A DNA stretch of 64,000 bases from a virus. The notes beneath the pieces were generated by a model that did no database searches, was not told where the DNA came from, and was given only the letters and a program-made list of their open reading frames with translations. Numbering within the stretch: the stretch's first letter is position 1; each line of letters starts with the position of its first letter. Both the position numbers and the translations under genes were made by a program. Of the stretch, positions 45,551 to 55,011 are shown piece after piece. Location: positions 15,504-79,503 of IMG/VR virus record IMGVR_UViG_3300043778_000098. One strand, 5' to 3'.

Positions 45551-47662
45551 ATGACGATTCCGTGGCCCGGCGGCCCCGACAGCTCGGTCAACGGGCCGGA
45601 CTCCAGCGCGCAGATCGCCCAGGGCCTCCAGGTGGTGGTCCGCCAGCTCTCGACTCTCAACCAGTCGATCGCGGCCCAGACCGCGCAGATCACCCGGACG
45701 ATGAACGCCCAGTCCCGCTACCAGGTGGGCAGCCATGGCAGCGGGGTGAGCAACACCCCGCAGATGAACCCGCAGATCGTCGCCAATGTGCAGGCGGCAG
45801 GCGGCCAGCTGGGGCCCGGCGGGACGGGGCAGACGACCCCGATGGGGGCGCTGTCGTCCCTCCAGGGCATGCAGTCCTACCTGCTCCAGCAGCTCGGCCA
45901 GTGGATCGCCGGGGTCCCCCTCTACCAGCCGACGGTCCCCGGCGGCGCCCCCGGAGGCCCCGTCGCCGGCGGCGGCCCGGGAGGCGGTCCCGCCGGGGGA
46001 GGAGGCGGAGGTGGCGGCGGCGGCGCGGGGGGAGGAGCAGGGGGCGGTGGCGGCGCGGGGGGAGGAGCAGGGGGCGGTGGCGGCGGCGGCGGAGGAGGCG
46101 GCGGGGGTCCTCTCCTGCCCACAGGAGGGCTCGGCGGCGCGGTGCTCGGGGGCGCCATGGGCGGCAGGATCCCCACGGGCGCGGCGGCCCGCAGCATCCA
46201 GGTCCTCCAGAACGTCGGCGCCCAGGTCGCCTCGGGCGGCGGCGGCAGCCTGACCGGGATAGTCGGCAGCGCGCTGCGCGCCATCCCCGGCGTCGGGCTC
46301 CTCATGGACGCGGCCAACGCCGGGACGAACTTCTACCTGGGCCAGCGGGAGGCCGGGCGCGTCTACCAGAGCGTCGAGGGCGGCAGCAACCTCGACGCCC
46401 AGACCGAGCGGCTGCACGAGGCCGCCTACCAGGCCAGCATGTACGGCCTGATGCCGCAGGGGGCCGCCGCCCAGGCGTTCGGGGCCGTCACCGCCCTCGG
46501 CTACAACCAGGCCGCCGCCGGAGAGGGCCAGCAGCCGCAGAACCGGCAGAGCGCCCTCAACTTCATCTACGGCAACTACACCAAGACGGGGATGGACACC
46601 TCGCAGAGCGAGCAGATCCTCCAGACCGCCTCGGGCAACGCCCAGGTCAACCTCACCCAGCTCTCGCAGGCGCTGAACGCCTTGTCGGCGGCGGCCGGGG
46701 AGGCGGGCGCCAACGCCGACGTCGCCCGGCAGCAGTTCAACTCCTACTTCGCCTCGGCCCTCGGCCAGGGCGCCGGGAACGGGTCGACGACCCTGGCGGC
46801 GGGGATCTCCAGCATGCAGGCCAGCATGGGCAAGGAGTTCTCGGGGGTGAACTTCTCCGGCGAGCTGTCCCAGCAGCGCCAGTACCTGCTGAGCGGGATG
46901 TCCGGCCAGACTCCGGCCCAGCTCCAGTACATGCAGCGGAACGACCCGCAGCAGTACCTGAGGATGCTGTCGGGCCAGAACATGCAGTTCCTCACCTCCG
47001 GGGGGCTGATGACGCCGCAGATGACGGCGTCCCTCAACAGCCTCATCGCGAAGGCCGGGGGCGCCAAGGCCGTCGCCGGCAACCCCGGGGTGCGCGACCA
47101 GATCGCCACCCAGTTCCTGAACGCCAATCAGGTCAGCGGGAACATCAACGAGAACCTGTGGGCCCAGGAGATCTCCGCCCTCACCGGCGTCAGCATGAGC
47201 CCCAGCCAGGCGTTCCAGTGGATCGTCAGCCAGAGCGCGGGGGACAACGAGGCGTCCCACAACGCGGCGCTGCCCAACACGGGCACGGTCGCGGCCCCGG
47301 CGGCGAAGAAGAAGACCGCCTCTGCGGTCGTTTCGGCCGCAGTCAAGGCGTCGGCGGCGAAGAAGGCCGCCTCCGCGACGGGAAGCGGCCTGACCGGCGA
47401 GCTGGACTCGATTTTCGGCTGGACGCCGCCGCAGCCCGTCAACGCCGGGTCGACTGCGGCGGGGGAGGCGGCTGCCAAGGCCAAGGCCGCCGTGAAGTCC
47501 GCCCCGGCCGCAGCCCAGGCCGCCGTCTCGGCGGCGAAGGTGACCGTCGACCTGACCCCGCAGGCCGCCCAGCTGCTGAAGATGCTGCCGTCGAACAGCG
47601 ACGAGGCCGCCGCCACGTCCTCGGTGCCCGCCAACCCGTACGTGAACCAGGCGAGCCGCTAG
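45551..47662 (+). CDS. Tape measure protein (short)
   Basis: Follows the chaperones; Ala/Gly/Gln-rich helical sequence. Confidence 0.65.
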   Translation: MTIPWPGGPDSSVNGPDSSAQIAQGLQVVVRQLSTLNQSIAAQTAQITRTMNAQSRYQVGSHGSGVSNTPQMNPQIVANVQAAGGQLGPGGTGQTTPMGALSSLQGMQSYLLQQLGQWIAGVPLYQPTVPGGAPGGPVAGGGPGGGPAGGGGGGGGGGAGGGAGGGGGAGGGAGGGGGGGGGGGGGPLLPTGGLGGAVLGGAMGGRIPTGAAARSIQVLQNVGAQVASGGGGSLTGIVGSALRAIPGVGLLMDAANAGTNFYLGQREAGRVYQSVEGGSNLDAQTERLHEAAYQASMYGLMPQGAAAQAFGAVTALGYNQAAAGEGQQPQNRQSALNFIYGNYTKTGMDTSQSEQILQTASGNAQVNLTQLSQALNALSAAAGEAGANADVARQQFNSYFASALGQGAGNGSTTLAAGISSMQASMGKEFSGVNFSGELSQQRQYLLSGMSGQTPAQLQYMQRNDPQQYLRMLSGQNMQFLTSGGLMTPQMTASLNSLIAKAGGAKAVAGNPGVRDQIATQFLNANQVSGNINENLWAQEISALTGVSMSPSQAFQWIVSQSAGDNEASHNAALPNTGTVAAPAAKKKTASAVVSAAVKASAAKKAASATGSGLTGELDSIFGWTPPQPVNAGSTAAGEAAAKAKAAVKSAPAAAQAAVSAAKVTVDLTPQAAQLLKMLPSNSDEAAATSSVPANPYVNQASR

Positions 47663-47874
47663 CTCGCGCGCCTGAGGAAGTACCGGGAGCCGCTGCGCCC
47701 GCCTGGGAGGCTGAACGTCTCTGTGTAGCCGGCGTACTCGATCTCCACTGCATCTCGGCCGAGAATCCTCGCCACGCGTCCGGGCCACTCGGGACCGGGC
47801 ATTCCGGGAGCCCCGTTCTCGTCCATGACCCTCACTTCGGCGCCGATGCTCGAAGGCTCGTCAGGGCTGCTCAT
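47659..47874 (-). CDS. Hypothetical protein (moron)
   Basis: Reverse-strand insert. Confidence 0.45.
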   Translation of the reverse strand: MSSPDEPSSIGAEVRVMDENGAPGMPGPEWPGRVARILGRDAVEIEYAGYTETFSLPGGRSGSRYFLRRAS

Positions 47875-48283
47875 CGGCGCCCCTCTCGGCGCCGATCACG
47901 CTTTCGCTCAGCCGGGCGTCCTCGCGCCGGTTATGGTCGCGCAGGGCGACGTGGCCCGCCTCCATGGCGGCGCCCTCGGCGAAATGGACGAGGAGCCGCT
48001 CCTGCGGGGTCAGCGTGCTCATCCACGCCCGGTACTCCCGGATCCGGCGGGCGAGGAACACCCCGAGGGCCGTGCCCGCCGGGATGATCATGAGGGCGAG
48101 CGAGGCCCAGAGCAGGTTGAACCCCACGGCTCCCGCCGACGGGTCGCCGTAGGGGGAGTAGCGGAGCAGCTTGTCGATCGCGCTGGGGAGGATGCACGCC
48201 CCGGCCATCGCCGAAACGGACCCGGCGATGACGCCCCAGCTGAACGACTCCCTGGGCCCGGATGCGCGGCGTCTTGTCATCAT
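47861..48283 (-). CDS. Two-TM membrane protein (moron), leaderless
   Basis: TATTAT-N6-ATG. Confidence 0.55.
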   Translation of the reverse strand: MMTRRRASGPRESFSWGVIAGSVSAMAGACILPSAIDKLLRYSPYGDPSAGAVGFNLLWASLALMIIPAGTALGVFLARRIREYRAWMSTLTPQERLLVHFAEGAAMEAGHVALRDHNRREDARLSESVIGAERGADEQP

Positions 48284-48363
48284 GATCCGATAATACAGCT
48301 TTTCTTGTTAAAATCTACGCCGACCCGCCCCGGGAAGAAAAGAGAGCCGATCAGGGAGGGTCA

Positions 48364-48975
48364 TTGGGAACCGCCACCCTCGGGTACCCGGGAGGGCCCT
48401 CGATCGCCTTCCGGATCGATCCCGACAGCATCGACTGGCAGTGGGACGTCCTGACCAACGTGGTGGAGACGATCGGCGGCCGGGTCATCCAGGTCATCGG
48501 CGCGCGGCTGGCCGACATGACAGTCCAGGGCAGCCTCGGCCAGGACCACGCGGACCCGTCGGGCGGCCAGAGCTGGCAGCTCGCCGAGCGGTTCCTCGCG
48601 ACGGTCACCGCGATCATGGAGGCCCAGTCGGCCGACGCCAACCAGCAGGCCCAGATGCACCCCCCGGCCGTCTTCGCCTACCCGCCCAGAGGGTGGCGCT
48701 TCAACGTCTACGTCAAGAGCCTCACCGACCCCGACGGGGACGCGTCCGTGATCCTCAAGCCCGGCAAGGCCAACCAGCGGTACCAGCTGGGCCTGTTCAT
48801 CGTCCAGGACGGCAGCCCCGCGCTGGTCACCGCCGGGACCACCAACGGGGTGCTCAGCCAGAAGGCCAACGACGCGATCGCCGCGTACATGGCCCGCATC
48901 TCCGACGGGATCGGCTGGCACTACACCGCCTACACCGGCCTCGGCACCGGCACCTTCACCCCCGGAAAGACCTGA
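48364..48975 (+). CDS. Baseplate/tube-initiator-like protein
   Basis: FRIDPDSIDW...ETIGGRVIQV; SD GGAGG plus TTG start. Confidence 0.6.
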   Translation: MGTATLGYPGGPSIAFRIDPDSIDWQWDVLTNVVETIGGRVIQVIGARLADMTVQGSLGQDHADPSGGQSWQLAERFLATVTAIMEAQSADANQQAQMHPPAVFAYPPRGWRFNVYVKSLTDPDGDASVILKPGKANQRYQLGLFIVQDGSPALVTAGTTNGVLSQKANDAIAAYMARISDGIGWHYTAYTGLGTGTFTPGKT

Positions 48976-49002
48976 GCCCGGAAGCAGGGAGGAGGCGATC
49001 GG

Positions 49003-49245
49003 ATGGCCGTGACGGACCGGCCCGCGTGGGGGGCGGACGTGCCGATATCGATGCCCGTGCCGGTCAGCGAGCCGGTGATGGTCCCCATGTTCGGGTTCGG
49101 GATGACCCAGTACCGCCTGGTGCCCGACATGACCAGCGCCGAGTACGAGGACCTGGCCGTGCCCGTCTACGCCCCCGACTCGCCGCAGGGGGCCGAGGTG
49201 GCGGGCGACGCGGGCATCGACGCGACCGGGAGGTTCGGTGGGTAG
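49003..49245 (+). CDS. Small tail-region protein
   Basis: SD GGAGG. Confidence 0.5.
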   Translation: MAVTDRPAWGADVPISMPVPVSEPVMVPMFGFGMTQYRLVPDMTSAEYEDLAVPVYAPDSPQGAEVAGDAGIDATGRFGG

Positions 49246-49870
49246 GGCCGGGCTCAACGGCCGCCTCGCCTACACCGACGGCAAGACCACCTACACCTAC
49301 CGGGTGCGGGTCGGGGACGTCGGCCACGGGGTCCAGATGGTCGCCGTCGAGGACCAGGGGCGCACCACCCGCGCCTACTACCCGCACAAGACGGCCAACT
49401 CCCGCTTCAGCGTCCAGGTGCTGCTGAAGGACTGGGACGAGCGCTCCGACTTCACGAGCTGGCTCGCGGGCTACGCCCAGTGGGCGCTCGACCCGAACGC
49501 CGCCCGCACCGTCTTCCCGTTCATGTCGGTGAGCGTCCCGGTCCGGGACTTCGCGCAGCGCGGGATCCCGCTGTCCGGCTTCGAGTGGGGCGCCCACACC
49601 GGGATGATGGCCTTCACCCCGATCATCACCTTCGAGGCGGGCCTGTCCCCGGGGCAGCCGAATGCGAACATCAGCGTCAGCTCGGTCGTCAACCAGTGGA
49701 GCGCCTTCGGCTCCGACCCGGCGATCAGGTACTTCTACCCGTTCGGCACCCAGCTCGCGGCCTCCCAGGTCCCGCAGGACTACGGCGTGGTGGTGCCCGC
49801 CAGCCCGACGGCGCCCCCGGCCGCCCCCAGGAACGTCACCGGCCCGCTGGGCTCAGATGTGAGCGGATGA
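49238..49870 (+). CDS. Baseplate protein
   Basis: Within operon. Confidence 0.55.
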   Translation: MGRAGLNGRLAYTDGKTTYTYRVRVGDVGHGVQMVAVEDQGRTTRAYYPHKTANSRFSVQVLLKDWDERSDFTSWLAGYAQWALDPNAARTVFPFMSVSVPVRDFAQRGIPLSGFEWGAHTGMMAFTPIITFEAGLSPGQPNANISVSSVVNQWSAFGSDPAIRYFYPFGTQLAASQVPQDYGVVVPASPTAPPAAPRNVTGPLGSDVSG

Positions 49871-49876
49871 TCGGCC

Positions 49877-52471
49877 TTGTCTGTTTTCATGTACGCTCCG
49901 GGCGTTAAAATCTACATTTCTACGCAGAATAACGGAATTATCGACGTAAGCGACGACGTCACCCTGGGCACCCTGGTCCGCCGCAGCGACGGCGTGAGCA
50001 CATTCTCCTTCACGCTCCAGAACCCGTTCCGGAAGTACGCGGGCGTCCTCACGCCCAACGACCGCATCATCGTGATGATGAAGCGCATCTCCTGGCTGCG
50101 CGTCTTCACCGGCTACCTCAACTCGGTGCCCCTGGTCACCGCGTGGCCGTCCTCGGTCCAGATCACCGCCTCCTGCTCCCTGAAGCGGCTCCAGTACTGG
50201 TTCTGGGACCCCGGCCTGGAAGCCTCGCAGAACCTGGTCGCCCAGGCGATGTCGAGCGCCTCCAACCCCGACGACGGCGGCGTGTCGGCGGCCATCATCG
50301 CGCTCCTCCAGAACGTGGTGGGCTGGCCGTCGAGCAAGATCCACATCGCCGGGATCCCGCAGGGATGGTCGACCTGGGCCTACAAGATCGCCTCGGCGGT
50401 CCAGGCGGACACCGCGCAGGCGGACGCGCTCGCCCAGCAGTTCTACGCGGGGCTCGGCGCCGGCGGGGTCGTCGGCGGGATGACCGGCGGGGGGACCACC
50501 GTCCCGGCCGGGGCGCTGAAGGCGGGGACCTACGCCGGGCAGAAGCTGACCGCCGCCCAGTGCCAGATGGCGACGCTCTTCTACAACATCGCCATGCAGA
50601 TGGGCGGGAGCACCAGGGACGCCACCGTCGGGATCATGGCGGGCTACCAGGAGAGCCGCCTCCAGAACCTGGACTATGGCACCGGCACCTCCCTCGGGGT
50701 CCTCCAGCAGGAGGCGAACGCCGGCTGGGGGACCGCCGCGCAGCGGCTCAACCCGACGAGCGCCATCACCGCCTTCTACGGCGTCCTCCTGGCGATGTCC
50801 AACCGGAACTCGCTGACCCTCGACCAGGAGGCCCAGACGGTCCAGCGCAGCTCCTACCCGGCCGCGTACGCCCAGTGGGAGACGATGGCGCAGGCCGTCG
50901 TCGCCGTCATGGCGGCCCCCAACGCGTCGTCCCTGTCGGGGTCGGGCGGCTTCTCCGGCGTCCAGGCCAACGCCAAGGCGGGGAAGGCCAACTGCACGCA
51001 GCTCCTCGGGGTCGCCCTCGGCCTGGTCGAGTCCCAGCAGATCCCCTACCTGGAGAGCGCCACCCTCGACTCGGCCCCCAACGTCGCCCAGCCCACCTAC
51101 CTGGACTGCTCCAGCTTCACCCAGTGGGTCATGTACCACACCGTCGGCAGCCTCAACGGGATGCCGCGCACCAGCGAGGAGCAGAGCGCCTGGTGCCAGT
51201 CGGCCGGGACTATCATCGACGCGCAGAGCGGGCTCAACATCCCCGGCGCGCTGATGTTCATCGGCCCGCCCGGCGCGGCCACCCACGTGGAGGTCAGCTG
51301 CGGGACCGGGAGCGCCACCGTCGGGGCGCACCACACCGGGACTTACGCCGGGGTCGTCTCCGGCGCCCCGCAGAGCAACGCCAACCCCGGCGGCTGGACG
51401 TGCGCCGGCCTCCCGCCGGGCATCGACTACTCGGCCTACAAGGGCCTGGCGGCGGCCTACAAGCAGGTCCCATCGGGCGGCGTCCTGTCTTCCGGGGGCA
51501 ACATCCCGATTGCCGGGCAGGGCCTCCAGGTCGACCCCTCCTCGGCCGAGCCCTGGTACAACCCGAACGACAAGTTCGACTCGCTGTTCGGCCCGAGCCC
51601 CTGGTTCCCGACCTTCGACGCCGACGCCGCCGCGATCGCCAACGTCTTCACCGGCCCCCGGGCGCTACTCAACGACCAGCCGCTCCTGCCCTACCTGAAG
51701 AACCTGTTCGTCAGCTCGATGCGGAGCTACTGCTCGGCCCCCAACGGCGACCTGATCGCCTGGTTCCCCGACTTCTACGGCATCTGGGGGACCGCCGCGA
51801 TCATGCGGGTCGAGCCGATCGAGCTTCAGGACTTCACCGTCTACTGGGACGACACGAGCCTGGTCACCCACCAGTACGTCATCGCGCCGCCCGCCCAGCA
51901 GATCGACCTGGGCAGCGGCCAGACCACGGGCATCACCATCTCCTCCACCGGCCAGACGGTGCCCATCGACGTGCTCTACGCGATGACCACCGACGGCATC
52001 GCCTCGATCGACGTCCCCGCGATCATGTACGCGCTGTTCGGGCTGGAGCCGACCACGGCGCAGGCCCAGAAGTTCATCAACTACATCTACAACCGCTTCG
52101 GCGCACGGCCCGACCTGGAGCAGCTGCCCGGGATCGTCGGCCCGCAGGGCGAGTTCTTCGCCGCCCTGATGCTGTTCATGAGGTCCTGGGCCTACCAGTA
52201 CAACTCCGACGTGCCGCTGACCTTCATGCCGGAGCTGTGGCCCGGGATGCTCCTCCAGATCCCCGCATTCGGGTTCCAGGCCTACTGCACCACCGTCACC
52301 CACAGCTTCCAGATGGGCCAGGGCGGCTACTTCAACACCACGGTCAACATCGCGGCGCCCGCCCGGCTGCCGGGCAACGACAACAACTCCGGCGGCCAGC
52401 TCATCGGCCTGCCCGTCGCCGGGGGCCTCACCAGCGGCACCAACCTGCCCGTCCCCGGCCAGGCGTCCTGA
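49877..52471 (+). CDS. Baseplate hub with peptidoglycan hydrolase domains (lysozyme-like plus NlpC/P60)
   Basis: QESRLQNL...SLGVLQQ...VQRS; LDCSSFTQW...MPRTS...THV. Confidence 0.8.
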   Translation: MSVFMYAPGVKIYISTQNNGIIDVSDDVTLGTLVRRSDGVSTFSFTLQNPFRKYAGVLTPNDRIIVMMKRISWLRVFTGYLNSVPLVTAWPSSVQITASCSLKRLQYWFWDPGLEASQNLVAQAMSSASNPDDGGVSAAIIALLQNVVGWPSSKIHIAGIPQGWSTWAYKIASAVQADTAQADALAQQFYAGLGAGGVVGGMTGGGTTVPAGALKAGTYAGQKLTAAQCQMATLFYNIAMQMGGSTRDATVGIMAGYQESRLQNLDYGTGTSLGVLQQEANAGWGTAAQRLNPTSAITAFYGVLLAMSNRNSLTLDQEAQTVQRSSYPAAYAQWETMAQAVVAVMAAPNASSLSGSGGFSGVQANAKAGKANCTQLLGVALGLVESQQIPYLESATLDSAPNVAQPTYLDCSSFTQWVMYHTVGSLNGMPRTSEEQSAWCQSAGTIIDAQSGLNIPGALMFIGPPGAATHVEVSCGTGSATVGAHHTGTYAGVVSGAPQSNANPGGWTCAGLPPGIDYSAYKGLAAAYKQVPSGGVLSSGGNIPIAGQGLQVDPSSAEPWYNPNDKFDSLFGPSPWFPTFDADAAAIANVFTGPRALLNDQPLLPYLKNLFVSSMRSYCSAPNGDLIAWFPDFYGIWGTAAIMRVEPIELQDFTVYWDDTSLVTHQYVIAPPAQQIDLGSGQTTGITISSTGQTVPIDVLYAMTTDGIASIDVPAIMYALFGLEPTTAQAQKFINYIYNRFGARPDLEQLPGIVGPQGEFFAALMLFMRSWAYQYNSDVPLTFMPELWPGMLLQIPAFGFQAYCTTVTHSFQMGQGGYFNTTVNIAAPARLPGNDNNSGGQLIGLPVAGGLTSGTNLPVPGQAS

Positions 52472-54222
52472 TGGGGGCTCCCCGCCGGGGACTCAACCCG
52501 ACGACCAACTCCGTCGGGTTCACCGCCAAGCTCGTCACCGTCCGGTCCGTCAGCGCCGACGGGGCGACGGCCGTCGTCGTGGACCGGCAGAACACCCAGA
52601 CGCAGGTCCCGATGCTCGTCCAGCGGAGCAAGGGCCCCCTGCCCGCCCCGGGCGACGCCTGGCTCATCTCGCAGGACCTCGGCATGTGGAGCTTCGCCGC
52701 GTTCGTCGGGACCTCCGGCTCCGACTTCGCCGGAGGCGGCCAGGCAGGCAGCCAGGTGACGATCGGGCCGGACCCGCCGCTCTCCCCCGTCGCGGGCGAC
52801 ATCTGGCTGGACTCCTCCGACGGCAACCAGGTCAGCTCCTGGGACGGCGCCGCCTGGGTCCCCGCCCAGTTCGGCGCGGCGGCCCTCGCCCCGGCCTCGG
52901 TCACCGCCGCGCAGATGGCCCTGGCCACCATCACCAGTAGGCAGATCGCCGCCGATGCCGGGATCCTCGCCTCCCAGGTGGCGTTCACCGCCGCGCAGAT
53001 CGGCGGCTCCCGCGTCTTCACCGGCACCTCCCAGCCGGCGGGCATGCAGCCCGGCGACCTCTGGTTCAACGCCGCGAGCGGCAACATGGTCAGCGTCTGG
53101 ACGGGCGGCGGGTGGGACCCGCTGCTGTTCTCCGCGCCCGCCATCCTAGAAGGAAGCCTGACCGGCGCGCAGCTTTCGGAAGAAGCGTCGATCGCGGCCT
53201 CCCAGGTGAACTTCACCTCAAGCGACATCGGCGGGATCACCGTCACGATCTCGGCCAGCGAGCCGGCCGGCCCGGCCGAGGGCGACCTCTGGTACGACTC
53301 CGAGAACGGCTACGTCCTGGAGCAGTGGAACGGCAGCGAGTGGGCCGTCTACCAGTACGGCACCCAGGCGATCGCGGCGCGGTCCGTCACCGCCGAGCTG
53401 ATCGCCGCCAACACCATCACGACCGCCGAGCTGGCGGCCGGGCTCGTCTACGCCGGGATCATCGACGGCACCATCGTCGAGGCGGCCACCTTCATCGGCT
53501 CGGTGTTCGAGGGCACCGACTTCGTCCTCAATACGGCGGGCGCCTTCTGGTACGACGGGTCCGGGAACCTGATCCTGTCGATCGCCCCTGCGTCCACCTC
53601 GACGGACGGCCTCGGCCACACCGTCTACGGCGGCGGCCTCGCCGCCTACAGCTCCACCACCGCCGGCGTGTCAGTGCAGCTCGGGGCGCTGGGGCTGTAC
53701 TTCGAGGACGTCCCGGCCGGGATCGCCACGGCCTTCAACATGGTGGGCGGCCAGCTGGTCGTCTCCGGCACCGGCATGGGGCAGTCCACGGTGACGTTCG
53801 CGATCCCGATCACCGCGACCGGGGGCACGGCCTCCTCCCCCACCAAGATCACCACAGACACGTGGCACACTCCGGGCAGCCTCCCGACAGGATGGTCCGG
53901 CACCCTCCGGTACAAGCTCATGCCCGACAACACGGTCATGGTCCACTGCCAGTGCGCCATCGGGACCTCGGCGGCGACCGGCACGATCACGCTATTCTCC
54001 GGACTGACGTCCGCTTATCAGCCATCTGTGGCAGCGCATGGTCCGGTGGGCTACTTCTCTAATGGAGGCACGACCGCCGCCGAGGCTATTGCTAATGCCA
54101 ATATGCGCTGGTCAGTGAACACAGGCGCGAGCTGGTCCATTGAGCTTCTGGGAATGACCGGCGGAGCTGCCGGCTCTGGGGTAACTGAAATCTCCTTTGT
54201 TGCAATCTACCCGCTCGACTAG
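52471..54222 (+). CDS. Spike/tail fibre protein
   Basis: TGATG coupling; three GD(I/L)W repeats. Confidence 0.65.
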   Translation: MGAPRRGLNPTTNSVGFTAKLVTVRSVSADGATAVVVDRQNTQTQVPMLVQRSKGPLPAPGDAWLISQDLGMWSFAAFVGTSGSDFAGGGQAGSQVTIGPDPPLSPVAGDIWLDSSDGNQVSSWDGAAWVPAQFGAAALAPASVTAAQMALATITSRQIAADAGILASQVAFTAAQIGGSRVFTGTSQPAGMQPGDLWFNAASGNMVSVWTGGGWDPLLFSAPAILEGSLTGAQLSEEASIAASQVNFTSSDIGGITVTISASEPAGPAEGDLWYDSENGYVLEQWNGSEWAVYQYGTQAIAARSVTAELIAANTITTAELAAGLVYAGIIDGTIVEAATFIGSVFEGTDFVLNTAGAFWYDGSGNLILSIAPASTSTDGLGHTVYGGGLAAYSSTTAGVSVQLGALGLYFEDVPAGIATAFNMVGGQLVVSGTGMGQSTVTFAIPITATGGTASSPTKITTDTWHTPGSLPTGWSGTLRYKLMPDNTVMVHCQCAIGTSAATGTITLFSGLTSAYQPSVAAHGPVGYFSNGGTTAAEAIANANMRWSVNTGASWSIELLGMTGGAAGSGVTEISFVAIYPLD

Positions 54223-54254
54223 GTAATAATATTGAGACGCCATTCGGAGTATCG

Positions 54255-54482
54255 GTGTACTTTAACACGCCGGGCACCTATGGAACTTTCGACCAGACGA
54301 CATTTGAGGCGGACCTCGCCGCATCGATCACAGCTATCTGCCAGCTTCAGGCAGATGCACTGGGGCAGACGCTCGCCGAAGTGCAGACGGGCATCACTGT
54401 TACGCGTCAATGGGGGTGGAGTAACGGTTCTGGAGGTAGCGCAGGTTACTCGGACACCATGACCTACCCGCCCGCCGAGTGA
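54255..54482 (+). CDS. Small protein (possible fibre chaperone); start uncertain
   Basis: Lower-GC ORF after the fibre gene. Confidence 0.4.
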   Translation: MYFNTPGTYGTFDQTTFEADLAASITAICQLQADALGQTLAEVQTGITVTRQWGWSNGSGGSAGYSDTMTYPPAE

Positions 54483-54576
54483 TAACGATGCCTCCTAGGA
54501 CGCAGAAGAACCAGGCACCCTAGGACGCACGGCGGACACTCCCCCGGAAGGATATGAGGGAGGCGAGAGCGAACCG

Positions 54577-55011
54577 GTGAAAGATCTCCAGCTCGTCGGG
54601 GGGGACCTGCTGTCCTCCGGGCGCGGCTTCGCCACCGTGACCGGCGCCGACTACGTCCGACAGCGCGTCGCCACCGCCCTGTCGGAGCCCTACGGCAGCG
54701 ACCCGTTCCACCCGACCTGGGGGTCGGCGCTGCCGGGCTACCTCGGCTCCCCCCAGGGCCCGGAGACCCAGGCTCTCGTCGCGGCCGAGGCGTCCCGCGT
54801 CCTCGCGGCCCTCATCGCCGCCCAGCAGCTCATCGTCACCTCCAGCGCGATGACCGGGACCCGCAGCCAGCTGGCGGCGGCGGACGTCATCGCCGCCGTG
54901 AACAGCGTCACGGCCTCGGCGGGCTCCCGGCCCGACGCGATCGCCGTGGCGGTCTCCCTCACCACCCAGGGCGGGCAGCTCGTCGAGGTGTCGCGAACGG
55001 TGAGCGGCTGA
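54577..55011 (+). CDS. Baseplate wedge gp25-like protein
   Basis: EPYGSDPFHPTWGS. Confidence 0.75.
   Translation: MKDLQLVGGDLLSSGRGFATVTGADYVRQRVATALSEPYGSDPFHPTWGSALPGYLGSPQGPETQALVAAEASRVLAALIAAQQLIVTSSAMTGTRSQLAAADVIAAVNSVTASAGSRPDAIAVAVSLTTQGGQLVEVSRTVSG

Noticed and set aside
45994-46107. G-rich tandem repeat or G-quadruplex
   Set aside because: Explained as a poly-Gly linker in the tape measure protein
50143-52470. 5' extension of the 1359-aa ORF (likewise 57537-58220, 45562-48087, 40502-42406)
   Set aside because: Arg/Pro-rich alternative-frame artefacts of high GC3
53990-54222. Diversity-generating retroelement target
   Set aside because: No reverse transcriptase or template repeat in the window
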